Shown here one piece after another: positions 29,785-39,015 of a stretch of DNA of 64,000 nucleotides (position 1 is the stretch's first letter; every line of letters starts with the position of its first letter). The DNA is from a bacterium (GTDB taxonomy: Bacteria > Electryoneota > Electryoneia > Electryoneales > Electryoneaceae): assembly GCA_963669175.1 (NCBI GenBank), contig OY769902.1:3520001-3584000 (forward strand). Direction: 5' to 3'. A program made the position numbers and the translations under genes. The notes beneath the pieces were generated by a model. That model was not told the origin of the DNA, did not search any database, and saw nothing but the letters and a program-made list of their open reading frames with translations.

Positions 29785-31263
29785 ATGCTGATTCAGAATT
29801 CAAACACCAAGCTACGCCGTGTGGTTGTCCTTGGCCTGGATGGTTACCCGCATTCGTTGCTACTGGAACGGATGCAGCGCAGGTCGGGCTCGATCTGGCA
29901 CAAGCTGCTCGCGGAAGGTTCCCTCTACCGGACACGTTCCTCACGGCCCGAGGTCTCGTCGGTGGCGTGGGCGTCGTATCTGACCGGAGCGCAACCGGGC
30001 GAACATGGCCTGTTCGGGTTCGTGGATCGCACGCTGTCCCCTTTCCGGCTCTACTTTCCCAACGGCGCGCATCTCAAGCTGCCCACGTTACCGGAACGGG
30101 TGCATGAGGCAGGTGGCGTGGTCGTGTCGATTAACGTGCCTACAACCTTTCCCCCGAAATCGTTGAACGGGCTGATTGTGGGCGGATTCCTCGGGCTGAC
30201 ACTGGCGAAAAACGTGCAACCTGTTAGCTGGCTGGAACGTCTACAGAAACACGGCTACATCATCGATACCGACCCGGCCCTGGCGCACAGTGACCTGGAA
30301 GCGTTTTACCGTGCGCTGGAGCAGGCGCTGGAGGCACGGATCAACGCGGCCTGGGACGCAGCGAACGCGTTTGACTGGAACCTGCTGCAACTGCATATCA
30401 TGGAGACCGACCGCCTGTTCCATTTCTTCTGGGGACGTGATGACTGGAGCGACCGTTTTCATGTCCTGCTGGATAAGGTGGATAACGCGGTGGAACGCTT
30501 TGCGACCCTCGCAGAACAACAAGGCGCGGAGCTGGTGATCCTGTCCGATCACGGTTTCACCCGGAACAAACGCATCTTCTTCATCAACGCCTTCCTTCGC
30601 GCACAGGGCTATCTCGGCTTCGAGGGCGCTCGTCCGGGAATGGAAACCCTGTCCCCCGCCACACGGGCTTATGCGCTGGTGCCGGGACGAGTGTTCATCA
30701 ACCTGCGCGGACGTGAGCCCAACGGTACCGTATCACCGGGCGCAGACTACGAACAGGAACGGGACCGTCTGATCGGGCTGTTACGCGGGGTGCGTGATCC
30801 GCTGGACCAGGCCCCGGTGTTCAGCAAGGTGGTGAGGCGTGAGGATATCTATTCCGGGCCGTATGTCGACCAGGCCGCCGATGTGCTGGCTTTCCCCAAC
30901 GACGGCTACGATATTAAAGCTGATTTCGGCGCTACGGAGCTATTCCAGACACCTGGAGTACTGGTTGGTACTCATACGTATGGGAATGCGTTTTGTTATG
31001 TAAGAAACGAGCACTTCCCGACAGCAAGCAGTCGGGCCACGCTGCCCGATCACACGTCTCAAATGATCCCCGACAGCAAACAGTCGGACCAAACTTCCAT
31101 ACAACCTGATCACACACCCGACAGCAAACAGTCAGGCCAAGCCGCATTGCTTTCAGAAGGATTCCCGACAGCAAGCAGTCGGGCCAAGCTGCATATATGG
31201 AAAAATGATGAAGCGAACATAGCAGATGTGGGTGTCCTTGTTCGAAGGTTTCTAAGGCTATAA
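29785..31263 (+). CDS. Alkaline phosphatase superfamily nucleotide pyrophosphatase/phosphodiesterase-like protein with repeat-derived C-terminal insert
   Basis: LGLDG, SSVAWAS, PGEHGLFGF, TDRLFH, LSDHGF, GTH motifs. Confidence 0.85.
   Translation: MLIQNSNTKLRRVVVLGLDGYPHSLLLERMQRRSGSIWHKLLAEGSLYRTRSSRPEVSSVAWASYLTGAQPGEHGLFGFVDRTLSPFRLYFPNGAHLKLPTLPERVHEAGGVVVSINVPTTFPPKSLNGLIVGGFLGLTLAKNVQPVSWLERLQKHGYIIDTDPALAHSDLEAFYRALEQALEARINAAWDAANAFDWNLLQLHIMETDRLFHFFWGRDDWSDRFHVLLDKVDNAVERFATLAEQQGAELVILSDHGFTRNKRIFFINAFLRAQGYLGFEGARPGMETLSPATRAYALVPGRVFINLRGREPNGTVSPGADYEQERDRLIGLLRGVRDPLDQAPVFSKVVRREDIYSGPYVDQAADVLAFPNDGYDIKADFGATELFQTPGVLVGTHTYGNAFCYVRNEHFPTASSRATLPDHTSQMIPDSKQSDQTSIQPDHTPDSKQSGQAALLSEGFPTASSRAKLHIWKNDEANIADVGVLVRRFLRL
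31015..31190. repeat. Four copies of palindrome CCCGACAGCAARCAGTCRGR inside the CDS
   Basis: Copies at 31017, 31069, 31117 and 31164; same motif intergenic at about 45989, 46230, 52544, 52782 and 53020. Confidence 0.85.
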
Positions 31264-31515
31264 TTCAAACATTCTTGAAAAGTTGAAACACAATCGTCCT
31301 GATACCACACTAACAGGTTTTTGCATATTATTCTTTCATCCTTATCATCCTTTCCATCCTGTATGTCCTGTAAATACAACATATTCCTCATCCTTGGCAT
31401 CCTCCCATCCAATCATCCTGTAAGCTGTTTTCAATACCGACAACTTTGGAACTTTTCAACTTTCAAACCTTGAAACCTCATGCTATCTTCCTGCAACAAC
31501 CAATCGGGACAGCAC

Positions 31516-32649
31516 ATGGACAGCATGTTAGCCACCTTGCAGAGCAAAGAATTCCTGGGAATCACGCTGGATCAATACAGCATTGCCTTCCTGGCGATCC
31601 TGGGCGGATTCCTGCTGCGCTGGATACTGGTCAGCCTGATCACCCATGCAGAGCGACGGGCGGAATCGACCACGACCACCTTTGACGAACTGATCCTGAA
31701 TGCGCTGGGGAAACCGGTCGGCTGGATATGTGTCCTCGCCGGGCTATGGGCAGCCTTTGTCTACCTGCCATTACCCAAGGAACCGGTGGATGTGGATAAA
31801 TTTGTTCGCGCCCTGTTACAGGCGGTGAGTGTAATTTTCGCCGTCTGGTTCCTGCTGCGGTTAACGGATGGCGTTACGACCTACCTGCGAGGCAAAGCGG
31901 CCGAATCCGAGAGCAAGCTGGATGATCAGTTGGTGCCGATTGCCCGGAATACGGCCAAGACGTTCTTCGTGGTCATCGGCGTGGTCGTTATCGCACAGGA
32001 TCTTGGCTATTCGGTTACCTCGCTACTGGCCGGACTTGGCCTTGGTGGTATGGCTATCGCGCTGGCGTCGAAGGACACGTTGTCCAACCTGTTCGGTTCG
32101 CTGGTGATCTTTATCGACCGTCCCTTCCATGTCGGTGACTGGATCGAAATGGGCAATCTTGAGGGGACAGTCGAAGAAGTCGGCCTGCGGGTTACACGCA
32201 TCCGTACGTTCGCCAACAGCCTGATTACCTTGCCCAACGCCCAGTTGACGACCAGCTCGATAAACAACTGGTCACGCATGAAGAAGCGCCGGATAAAGAT
32301 GACGGTTGGCCTCACATATGACACAACCCCGGAACAGATGAAGCAGGCGGTAGAAAAAATCCGTGAAATCATACGAGAAGATCCTGACATCCATAATGAC
32401 TTTTTCCTGGTAAATTTCCATGAGTTCGGCGCCTACAGCCTGGACATTTTCATCTATTGCTTCACCGTGACTACTGTTTGGGCGGAATACTTGCAGGCAA
32501 GGCAGGAATTGCTTTTGAAGATCATGCAGGCGGTCAACGAGATGGGTCTTGAATTCGCCTTCCCGACTCAGACACTGCACTTGGCCGGTGACAGCGAAAA
32601 GAAGCAACCCGGTGAACCGAACGCCATGCAACGTGAAACGCCGTTATAA
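31516..32649 (+). CDS. Small-conductance mechanosensitive channel (MscS family)
   Basis: LLAGLGLGGMAIALASKDTLSN, RPFHVGDWI, GLRVTRIRT, EFAFPTQT. Confidence 0.93.
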   Translation: MDSMLATLQSKEFLGITLDQYSIAFLAILGGFLLRWILVSLITHAERRAESTTTTFDELILNALGKPVGWICVLAGLWAAFVYLPLPKEPVDVDKFVRALLQAVSVIFAVWFLLRLTDGVTTYLRGKAAESESKLDDQLVPIARNTAKTFFVVIGVVVIAQDLGYSVTSLLAGLGLGGMAIALASKDTLSNLFGSLVIFIDRPFHVGDWIEMGNLEGTVEEVGLRVTRIRTFANSLITLPNAQLTTSSINNWSRMKKRRIKMTVGLTYDTTPEQMKQAVEKIREIIREDPDIHNDFFLVNFHEFGAYSLDIFIYCFTVTTVWAEYLQARQELLLKIMQAVNEMGLEFAFPTQTLHLAGDSEKKQPGEPNAMQRETPL

Positions 32650-32662
32650 ACCGGGATCGTCC

Positions 32663-33481
32663 ATGCAAGCATCATTCTGGGGGCTTTCACTGCTGGCTGT
32701 GATCAGCGCTTTGCTGGGATTCTTCTTTTTCCAGGGCAAGCTGATCTATCATCCGGGACGGACTGTCTACTCAACCCCGTGTGATGCCGGTCTGAAATAC
32801 GAAGCTATCACGTTAACCACTCGTGATGGCATCAAAATCCAATCCTGGTGGGTGCCAAGTTCCGGCGCTCACTACACCGTGTTATTCTGCCACGGTAATG
32901 CCGGAACCCTGGCCAGTCGAGTCGAAACGGCACGTATCTGGCATGAGCTGGGCTGTAACATCCTGCTTTTCGATTACCGTGGTTACGGCCAGAGCAAGGG
33001 CAAACCAAGTGAGAAAGGCACCTATCGCGATGCCGAAGCAGCCTGGGAATGGTTATGCCATACACAACAGATTCAGCCAGACCAAATCATTCTGCATGGT
33101 CGTTCGCTGGGCGGTCCCATTGCGGCGTATATGGCCAAATCACACAAATCCGCCGCGCTGATCGTGGAATCAACTTTTATCAACCTGAAAACCATAGCCG
33201 GAGAACTGTATCCGTTTCTCCCGGTTGGTTTACTGCTTCGTTATCGTTACCCGACACATGAATACCTCGTTCAGGTCACCTCACCTGTCCTGGTGATCCA
33301 CTCCAGTGAGGATGATTTCATCGGCTTCCATCATGGCAGAAAGCTGTTCACGGCGGCAAATTCTCCGAAGCAATTCCTGGAGATCCAAGGAAACCATGAT
33401 GCAGGATACCTGGATTCAGAGAAGGAGTATGTAGAAGGACTGCAATGTTTCTTAGACACTCTGCAACCTTCCGGACAATGA
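32663..33481 (+). CDS. Alpha/beta hydrolase (ABHD13/17-like)
   Basis: HGNAG, DYRGYG, GRSLGG nucleophile elbow, HSSEDD, GNH. Confidence 0.9.
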   Translation: MQASFWGLSLLAVISALLGFFFFQGKLIYHPGRTVYSTPCDAGLKYEAITLTTRDGIKIQSWWVPSSGAHYTVLFCHGNAGTLASRVETARIWHELGCNILLFDYRGYGQSKGKPSEKGTYRDAEAAWEWLCHTQQIQPDQIILHGRSLGGPIAAYMAKSHKSAALIVESTFINLKTIAGELYPFLPVGLLLRYRYPTHEYLVQVTSPVLVIHSSEDDFIGFHHGRKLFTAANSPKQFLEIQGNHDAGYLDSEKEYVEGLQCFLDTLQPSGQ

Positions 33482-33561
33482 TTGTGTTATAACCTAACTC
33501 TTTGCCAGGAATGCATACTTTCCTGATGCTTACCGCTGTAACTTGCTTACAAGCCTTTATC

Positions 33562-33663
33562 CAACTCCTTCGGAGTAGAAAATGTTGATTCTCTTAACCC
33601 TGGGTGCGCGCTAAACGGACAGCGCGTACCCAGGGCTCGCCTATCGTACTCCTGCGGAGTACC
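33562..33663. repeat. Half module of the AAACAGAC-loop family
   Basis: ACTCCTTCGGAGT; CCCTGGGTGCGCGCTAAACGGACAGCGCGTACCCAGGG; GTACTCCTGCGGAGTAC. Confidence 0.7.
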
Positions 33664-33830
33664 TGGACCGGATATTTCATGATCGAAACATGGATAATCA
33701 TTTTAACACAGTTCATATCAGCACAATACAACTGATTCATACAGCATTTTCAGGGTACAGTTTGCTCCGGTATCCCTTTGCGTGTCTATTCCCTGTTTCA
33801 CTGGCAAAATGAGGCCGAGTATCGGCAACC

Positions 33831-34078
33831 GCCCCGGCAGGGGCAACCTGTATTAGCCCCGGGCAGCCGCCGTCAGTTTGGCGGCTACCCGGGGAGATAA
33901 TGCGCACCATATATTTACTCCGGAAGGAGTAACCTAACAATTATCATAAGTATACAGTGACAACATTTAGGCAACTCGCTGCCGGGGTTGGCAAGGAGAG
34001 CGCATCCTTCTCCCACCGTGAGCGCCAAACAGACGGCGCTTGACGGTGGGCTAATTCAGGGAACCACTGCCGTGGTTC
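33831..34078. repeat. Six-hairpin module of the AAACAGAC-loop family
   Basis: GCCCCGGCAGGGGC; CCCCGGGCAGCCGCCGTCAGTTTGGCGGCTACCCGGGG; TACTCCGGAAGGAGTA; CAACTCGCTGCCGGGGTTG; CCCACCGTGAGCGCCAAACAGACGGCGCTTGACGGTGGG; GAACCACTGCCGTGGTTC. Confidence 0.75.
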
Positions 34079-34465
34079 TTGTACTGGCTATTCCATCAAA
34101 TACCATATTTGAAATTGCATTGGTGAAATATTCGGGCTAGCCCGAACAACAGGCACATCCCGAGCAACAAAAATATCCTGGACAACAGGCATTTTTTTTA
34201 CAATGCTGAACAAAATCGTTACCAGAATGACATGGATGTAAATCTTAACTGCCGCATTTGGCATCTACGACAGTATTCCCTCCGCCACACCTGTGGTTGT
34301 TCAAGCAACAATCCTGGCAGATTTCGTTCAGTTTTCACATCCAGCTCTTGAACTAACCTGTACACATTGATCAAGTTATCAGCTACTTACGGAAATTGGC
34401 ATGGCTCTGGCTTCTGACAGATGCAAGGGCGGGCAAGTGTAAACAGGATGTGAAAGGATACGACG

Positions 34466-35095
34466 ATGAAGCGCATACTGACGATAGCGACCATTTCCTT
34501 GATTCTCTTTTCAGCGATAGCAACAGCAGAACCGGAAACTCTGTTCGACAGCGAAAACATTACGATCGGCGGCTTCGGTGGCCCAACGGTCGGATACACC
34601 CAGTTTAACGGCGAAGAAGCGGTTTTAACCGGAATACGTGCCGCCATGATAGTAAATCACAAGTTTTATATCGGCATTGCCGGGTATGGCATCGTGACCC
34701 AACATGACGCGGGGAAAAAGGTCACACCAGCCGGACAACTGGAAGACACCCAGTACATTTTCGGCTACGGCGGCGGATTGCTCGGGTACACGTTTATGGA
34801 AGATGATCTGGTTCATGGCAGCGCGGAAGTGTTGATCGGCGGTGGTGGATTAACTCGCAGATTCACAAACGACTGGGATGACGACAGCTATGAAGATTAC
34901 GACTATCATTTCGCCGACGACCGTTTCTTCTGCATCCAGCCGATGGTAAACGCGGAGCTGAATGTTACCAAATGGATGCGTTGCAATGCAGGCCTTGGAT
35001 ATCGTTGGACAGAGGGCATCAATAAGTGGGATTTGTCAGATGATGATACCAGCGGGCTCGTAGCAGGAATCGGGGTGTCCTTCGGCTGGTTTTGA
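34466..35095 (+). CDS. Putative outer-membrane beta-barrel protein
   Basis: Signal peptide, Gly/aromatic-rich alternating strands, C-terminal FGWF. Confidence 0.7.
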   Translation: MKRILTIATISLILFSAIATAEPETLFDSENITIGGFGGPTVGYTQFNGEEAVLTGIRAAMIVNHKFYIGIAGYGIVTQHDAGKKVTPAGQLEDTQYIFGYGGGLLGYTFMEDDLVHGSAEVLIGGGGLTRRFTNDWDDDSYEDYDYHFADDRFFCIQPMVNAELNVTKWMRCNAGLGYRWTEGINKWDLSDDDTSGLVAGIGVSFGWF

Positions 35096-35190
35096 GGCCA
35101 CCAGGATAGTCTATTTCCCCAACCTGTTCGGCGCTGTTTCCAGATAAAAGCCGCATAGAGACATCCCCTGAGTTTCTTTGCCGGCTCAAC

Positions 35191-35226
35191 AAAAGCCCCG
35201 GTTACCTGATAGTAACCGGGGCTTCT
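35191..35226. terminator. Bidirectional intrinsic terminator
   Basis: AAAAGCCCCGGTTAC-CTGATA-GTAACCGGGGCTT between convergent genes. Confidence 0.8.
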
Positions 35227-35245
35227 TGTGTTCTCAAGTTGTGAA

Positions 35246-35776
35246 TCAGGAATGAGCTTCCTCTTCCACTTCAGCAGGCGCTTCTTCCATGGTTCCTGCC
35301 ATTTTTGCTGTTTCAGCAGTCATACCGAAAACAACAGCCTTCTGCGGAAGCAGGAAATAGCTCGGTTCCGGGCAGGCATCGCCATCGTTCTTGGGCTCAG
35401 CCTGATGCATGGTCCAGACGCCTTCAACGCGGACCTTTTTGCCATCCGAGTTCAGCGGGAAAGCAAAGGAATGATCCGGGCTCTTGACGTAGAATTTCTT
35501 CTCCGGATTTTCACACGCAAACGCAACCCAGCAGCCGGAACCTTTGCACAATGCAGTAACTTCACCTTCAACCACAACCACCTGGTCAACATAGGTAGCA
35601 GGTTCCATCATCAGCGCCTTGTAGTCCAAGACCTCAGCAATTGTAATTGCTTCGCCAATGACAAACTGTGCATCAGCCGGTACTTCTACCTCAGCCTGCT
35701 GTTCCTGCTGTGCTTTCTGGCATCCAAACATCATCAGTCCCAATGCCAGCACTCCCAACATCATGACCTTCTTCAT
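35246..35776 (-). CDS. Lipoprotein, DUF4920-like OB-fold
   Basis: Lipobox MMFGC; VEGEVTALCKGSGCW motif. Confidence 0.7.
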   Translation of the reverse strand: MKKVMMLGVLALGLMMFGCQKAQQEQQAEVEVPADAQFVIGEAITIAEVLDYKALMMEPATYVDQVVVVEGEVTALCKGSGCWVAFACENPEKKFYVKSPDHSFAFPLNSDGKKVRVEGVWTMHQAEPKNDGDACPEPSYFLLPQKAVVFGMTAETAKMAGTMEEAPAEVEEEAHS

Positions 35777-35976
35777 CGAATTCTCCCCTTTTTTCCTATC
35801 AACCAACCGTTCACGTTCTCTCAAAAACGCAGCACCGTTTTCCGGCGCTGCGTGGAAGGTAACGCTTCACTTTTTGCAAAAGCAATCATTATGGACTTGA
35901 AAGTAGAAAATTTAGCGAGCTTTCAAAATCCTTTCACATCAAGGCTTTGGTAAATTTTGTCTTTATCGCGTTCACG

Positions 35977-36999
35977 TCAATAACTGCTTGAATCGATCAC
36001 CACCTTCCCCTTGAAAATCCGGTAAATGTAGACTGAATAGCCAATCACCAGCGGCATCCCGATCAGTGCAATTACCAGCATCACCATGAGTGTCTTGTCC
36101 GAAGAACAGGAATTGTACACGGTCAGGCTGTACGCCAGGTCAACACTGGAAGGCACCAGCATCGGAAACAGGTTCACCGCAACAACACCGATTAACGCAG
36201 CAATGAACACACAGGACGACAGAAAAGCAAAGAAATACTTCTTTGCCCCCAGCAGAAACGGAATAAGCGCAAAGGATAGTATAAACAGAACCATTAAAGT
36301 AATCACGAACAGGTTAAAACTGGCAACCTGCCGGAACAGGTATGGCGCAATAAAAGCGTAATAAACCGTGACGAGCACGTACAGGATCAGTGAAGCCCCG
36401 TACAGACGAGCCGCGATTGCATGCATCCTGTTGCGAAGGTCGCCATCCGTCTTCAGTGTCATGTACAAGGCGCCGTGCATGGTGAACAGTACAAGACTCA
36501 ATACGCCAACAAGCAAAGAAGGTGGATTGAGCAGGCCGAAAAATTGCCCGGCATAACTTCCATCGGCCTCTATCGGAATCCCCTTCAGGATGTTTCCGAC
36601 AGCGACGCCGAACAATACCAGCGGCAGCAGGCTTCCGATCCCGAACCCCATATCCCAGGTTTTCTTCCAGCCTTCACCTTCCATTCCGCCACGGAATTTC
36701 ATGGAAACGGCTCGGAGAATCAGCCCCAGAAGCACCAGCATAAGCGCCAGGTAGAAACCGCTGAATACAGTCGCGTATACAACCGGAAATGCGGCAAACA
36801 ACGCGCCGCCGCCCGTGAGTAGCCAAACTTGGTTGCCATCCCATACCGGGCCAATGGCGTTCAGGTGTATCCGCTTCTCCTTATCCGTCTTTGCGGCAAA
36901 AAGATGCAGCACTCCAACCCCAAGGTCGAAACCATCCAGAATTGCGTAACCGATGATCAACACACCGATAAGCAGGTACCAAATCGTGTTCAGATCCAT
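35977..36999 (-). CDS. cydB: Cytochrome bd ubiquinol oxidase subunit II
   Basis: LDGFDLGVG, GPVWDGNQVWL, GGALFAAFP. Confidence 0.96.
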   Translation of the reverse strand: MDLNTIWYLLIGVLIIGYAILDGFDLGVGVLHLFAAKTDKEKRIHLNAIGPVWDGNQVWLLTGGGALFAAFPVVYATVFSGFYLALMLVLLGLILRAVSMKFRGGMEGEGWKKTWDMGFGIGSLLPLVLFGVAVGNILKGIPIEADGSYAGQFFGLLNPPSLLVGVLSLVLFTMHGALYMTLKTDGDLRNRMHAIAARLYGASLILYVLVTVYYAFIAPYLFRQVASFNLFVITLMVLFILSFALIPFLLGAKKYFFAFLSSCVFIAALIGVVAVNLFPMLVPSSVDLAYSLTVYNSCSSDKTLMVMLVIALIGMPLVIGYSVYIYRIFKGKVVIDSSSY

Positions 37000-38345
37000 C
37001 AGGCTGCCACCTCCTTCCGGCCCTTCAATTCAGGCACACCATGATCAACCTTGCGTTTCAGCAGGAAGATCCAGATTGCCCCGAGCAACGAATAGATAAG
37101 GGATAAAATGACAAGAGAAATCAGGATATCACTGGCCGCGACATTGGTGGAATGAGCATCGGAAGTACGCAGTATCTTCCAGACTACCCAGGGCTGACGT
37201 CCCACTTCCGCAGCAATCCAGCCGAACTGACTCGCCGACAGAGCGGCAGGCAGGGTCAATACACCTATCCATAAATACCACTTCATATCATACAGCTTCT
37301 TCCTGTAGTTCAGGAACAGGGCAACTCCGGCATACAGGATAAAGAACAGGCCAAGTCCGACCATATTATGATACGAGACAAAGGGCAACCACAGCGGCGC
37401 GATATCCTCTTTCGGGAAAGCGTCAACCCCCTTGATTTCCGTATCCGGTGATCCGCCCACCAGGATACTTAACAGGCTGGGGACACCTATCGGAGCTACA
37501 ACATGTGGTTCCGGTTCCGAAACGGGGAATCCGAAAATCAGCATCGGCACATTGGTCGAAGTCTTGTAGACACCTTCAATCACTGCCAGTTTTTCCGGTT
37601 GGGTGTGTGCTACCTGTGTAGCATGACGGCTCCCCAGGGGTTCCGCCTGAAGGATACTGGAGATAAACGCCACGATCAGGCCAATCTTCATGGCTTTCTT
37701 CATCAACTCGGTATCACGGCCCTTGATAATCATATAGGCTGACGCCGCAACAACAAAAAACGCTCCTGTGATGATGGAAGCATTTACCGTATGCAGGTAA
37801 CGAATCATGGTGGAAGGATTAAACACAGCCGCCCAGAAATCCGTCAATTCAGCGCGGCCCAAGGTTTCGTTGATGGTATACCCGGCCGGAGTCTGTTGCC
37901 AGGAGTTGGCTACAATGATCCAGAATGCGGATAGTGTAGCGCCGAATGCGACCATCAAGGCGCTGAACCAGTGTGCGCCTTTGGAAATGCGTCCACGCGC
38001 AAACAGGTAGACACCAACGAAGAACGATTCAAGGAAAAAGGCGAAAACACCTTCAGCGGCCAATGGGGCGCCGAAAATGTCGCCAACATACTTGGAATAC
38101 TCAGCCCAGTTGGTACCGAACTGGAACTCCATCACGATTCCTGTTGCCACACCAACCGCAAACGTGACCGCAAACAGATCGCCGAAAAACTTACCTATAC
38201 GAGCGTACTGTTTATCGCCCTTCTTCCACCCTATCCACTCGAAGATTACGAGTATCCAGGCCAAACCAATCGTTATCGGTGGAAAAAGAAAATGGAACCC
38301 TACGGTCACCGCGAACTGGATCCTTGCCAGCAGCAGCGCATCCAT
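36999..38345 (-). CDS. cydA: Cytochrome bd ubiquinol oxidase subunit I
   Basis: FHFLFPP, EFQFGTNW, ANSWQQTP, QPEKLA, EVGRQPW. Confidence 0.96.
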   Translation of the reverse strand: MDALLLARIQFAVTVGFHFLFPPITIGLAWILVIFEWIGWKKGDKQYARIGKFFGDLFAVTFAVGVATGIVMEFQFGTNWAEYSKYVGDIFGAPLAAEGVFAFFLESFFVGVYLFARGRISKGAHWFSALMVAFGATLSAFWIIVANSWQQTPAGYTINETLGRAELTDFWAAVFNPSTMIRYLHTVNASIITGAFFVVAASAYMIIKGRDTELMKKAMKIGLIVAFISSILQAEPLGSRHATQVAHTQPEKLAVIEGVYKTSTNVPMLIFGFPVSEPEPHVVAPIGVPSLLSILVGGSPDTEIKGVDAFPKEDIAPLWLPFVSYHNMVGLGLFFILYAGVALFLNYRKKLYDMKWYLWIGVLTLPAALSASQFGWIAAEVGRQPWVVWKILRTSDAHSTNVAASDILISLVILSLIYSLLGAIWIFLLKRKVDHGVPELKGRKEVAA

Positions 38346-38589
38346 GCAGACCCTCCTCCCAAAAGCAGTGTATCTAATGAATAATCTTTATCGTGTAGCA
38401 AATTCTTATATCCCTGCCATTTTTTCAAGGGGTGTTTACAAAATCGTGTAAAAACCGGAGTAACGGGTAGAACATTATGCAGAAAACCGTTGATCTCTCG
38501 AAATACTATTCGATTAACGTCAAGTTAGGCTCACACTTATCGTGCTAACTATAATGGTTCCCGAAAGTATTTGCTGATTCAAAAATTAT

Positions 38590-38795
38590 CAGCCTGCTTC
38601 AGCAGGCTCTTCTTAGCACCCGGCTTCAGCCGGGGTGTAAAAGTGATGATAATCATTCTGAGCGCGCTTTAGCGTGCTTGCCTGTTACAATTCCTGGGTC
38701 CGGAAAGCACCCTGAAGGGCGCTCACCATTTCTTTATAACCATGAACACCCCGGCTGAAGCCGGGTGCTAAAAAGAGCAGGCTAAAGCCTGCTAA
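38590..38795. repeat. Six-palindrome REP/REPIN-like module, copy 2 (inverted relative to 5408-5615)
   Basis: Same six palindromes in reverse order with different spacers; flank homology extends to 38550. Confidence 0.85.
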
Positions 38796-38958
38796 AACTA
38801 CCAGATAGCAGATTGTAAACAATTACAGTCCAGTAAAGCCTCCATTTAGGAGGAGTATCACTATGACAAGTATTCGAACAACAGAAATCCTACAACCAGT
38901 TTGAAACAGCATGAATTTTCGAGAAACCCTATAATCTTCTGGATTCTATGGTGTGAGC

Positions 38959-38999
38959 AAAAAAAGCCCACCATTGCACCAGAAAGCAATGGTGGGCTT
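38959..38999 (-). terminator. Intrinsic terminator after the serine hydrolase gene
   Basis: AAGCCCACCATTGC...GCAATGGTGGGCTT with an A-run (T-run on minus strand). Confidence 0.8.
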
Positions 39000-39015
39000 A
39001 GATTGCCAGCTTTCC

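Noticed and set aside
34397-34412. Sigma54-like TGGCATGGCTCTGGCT upstream of the barrel gene
   Set aside because: Spacing is correct but the -12 element is TGGC rather than TTGC; too weak to call.
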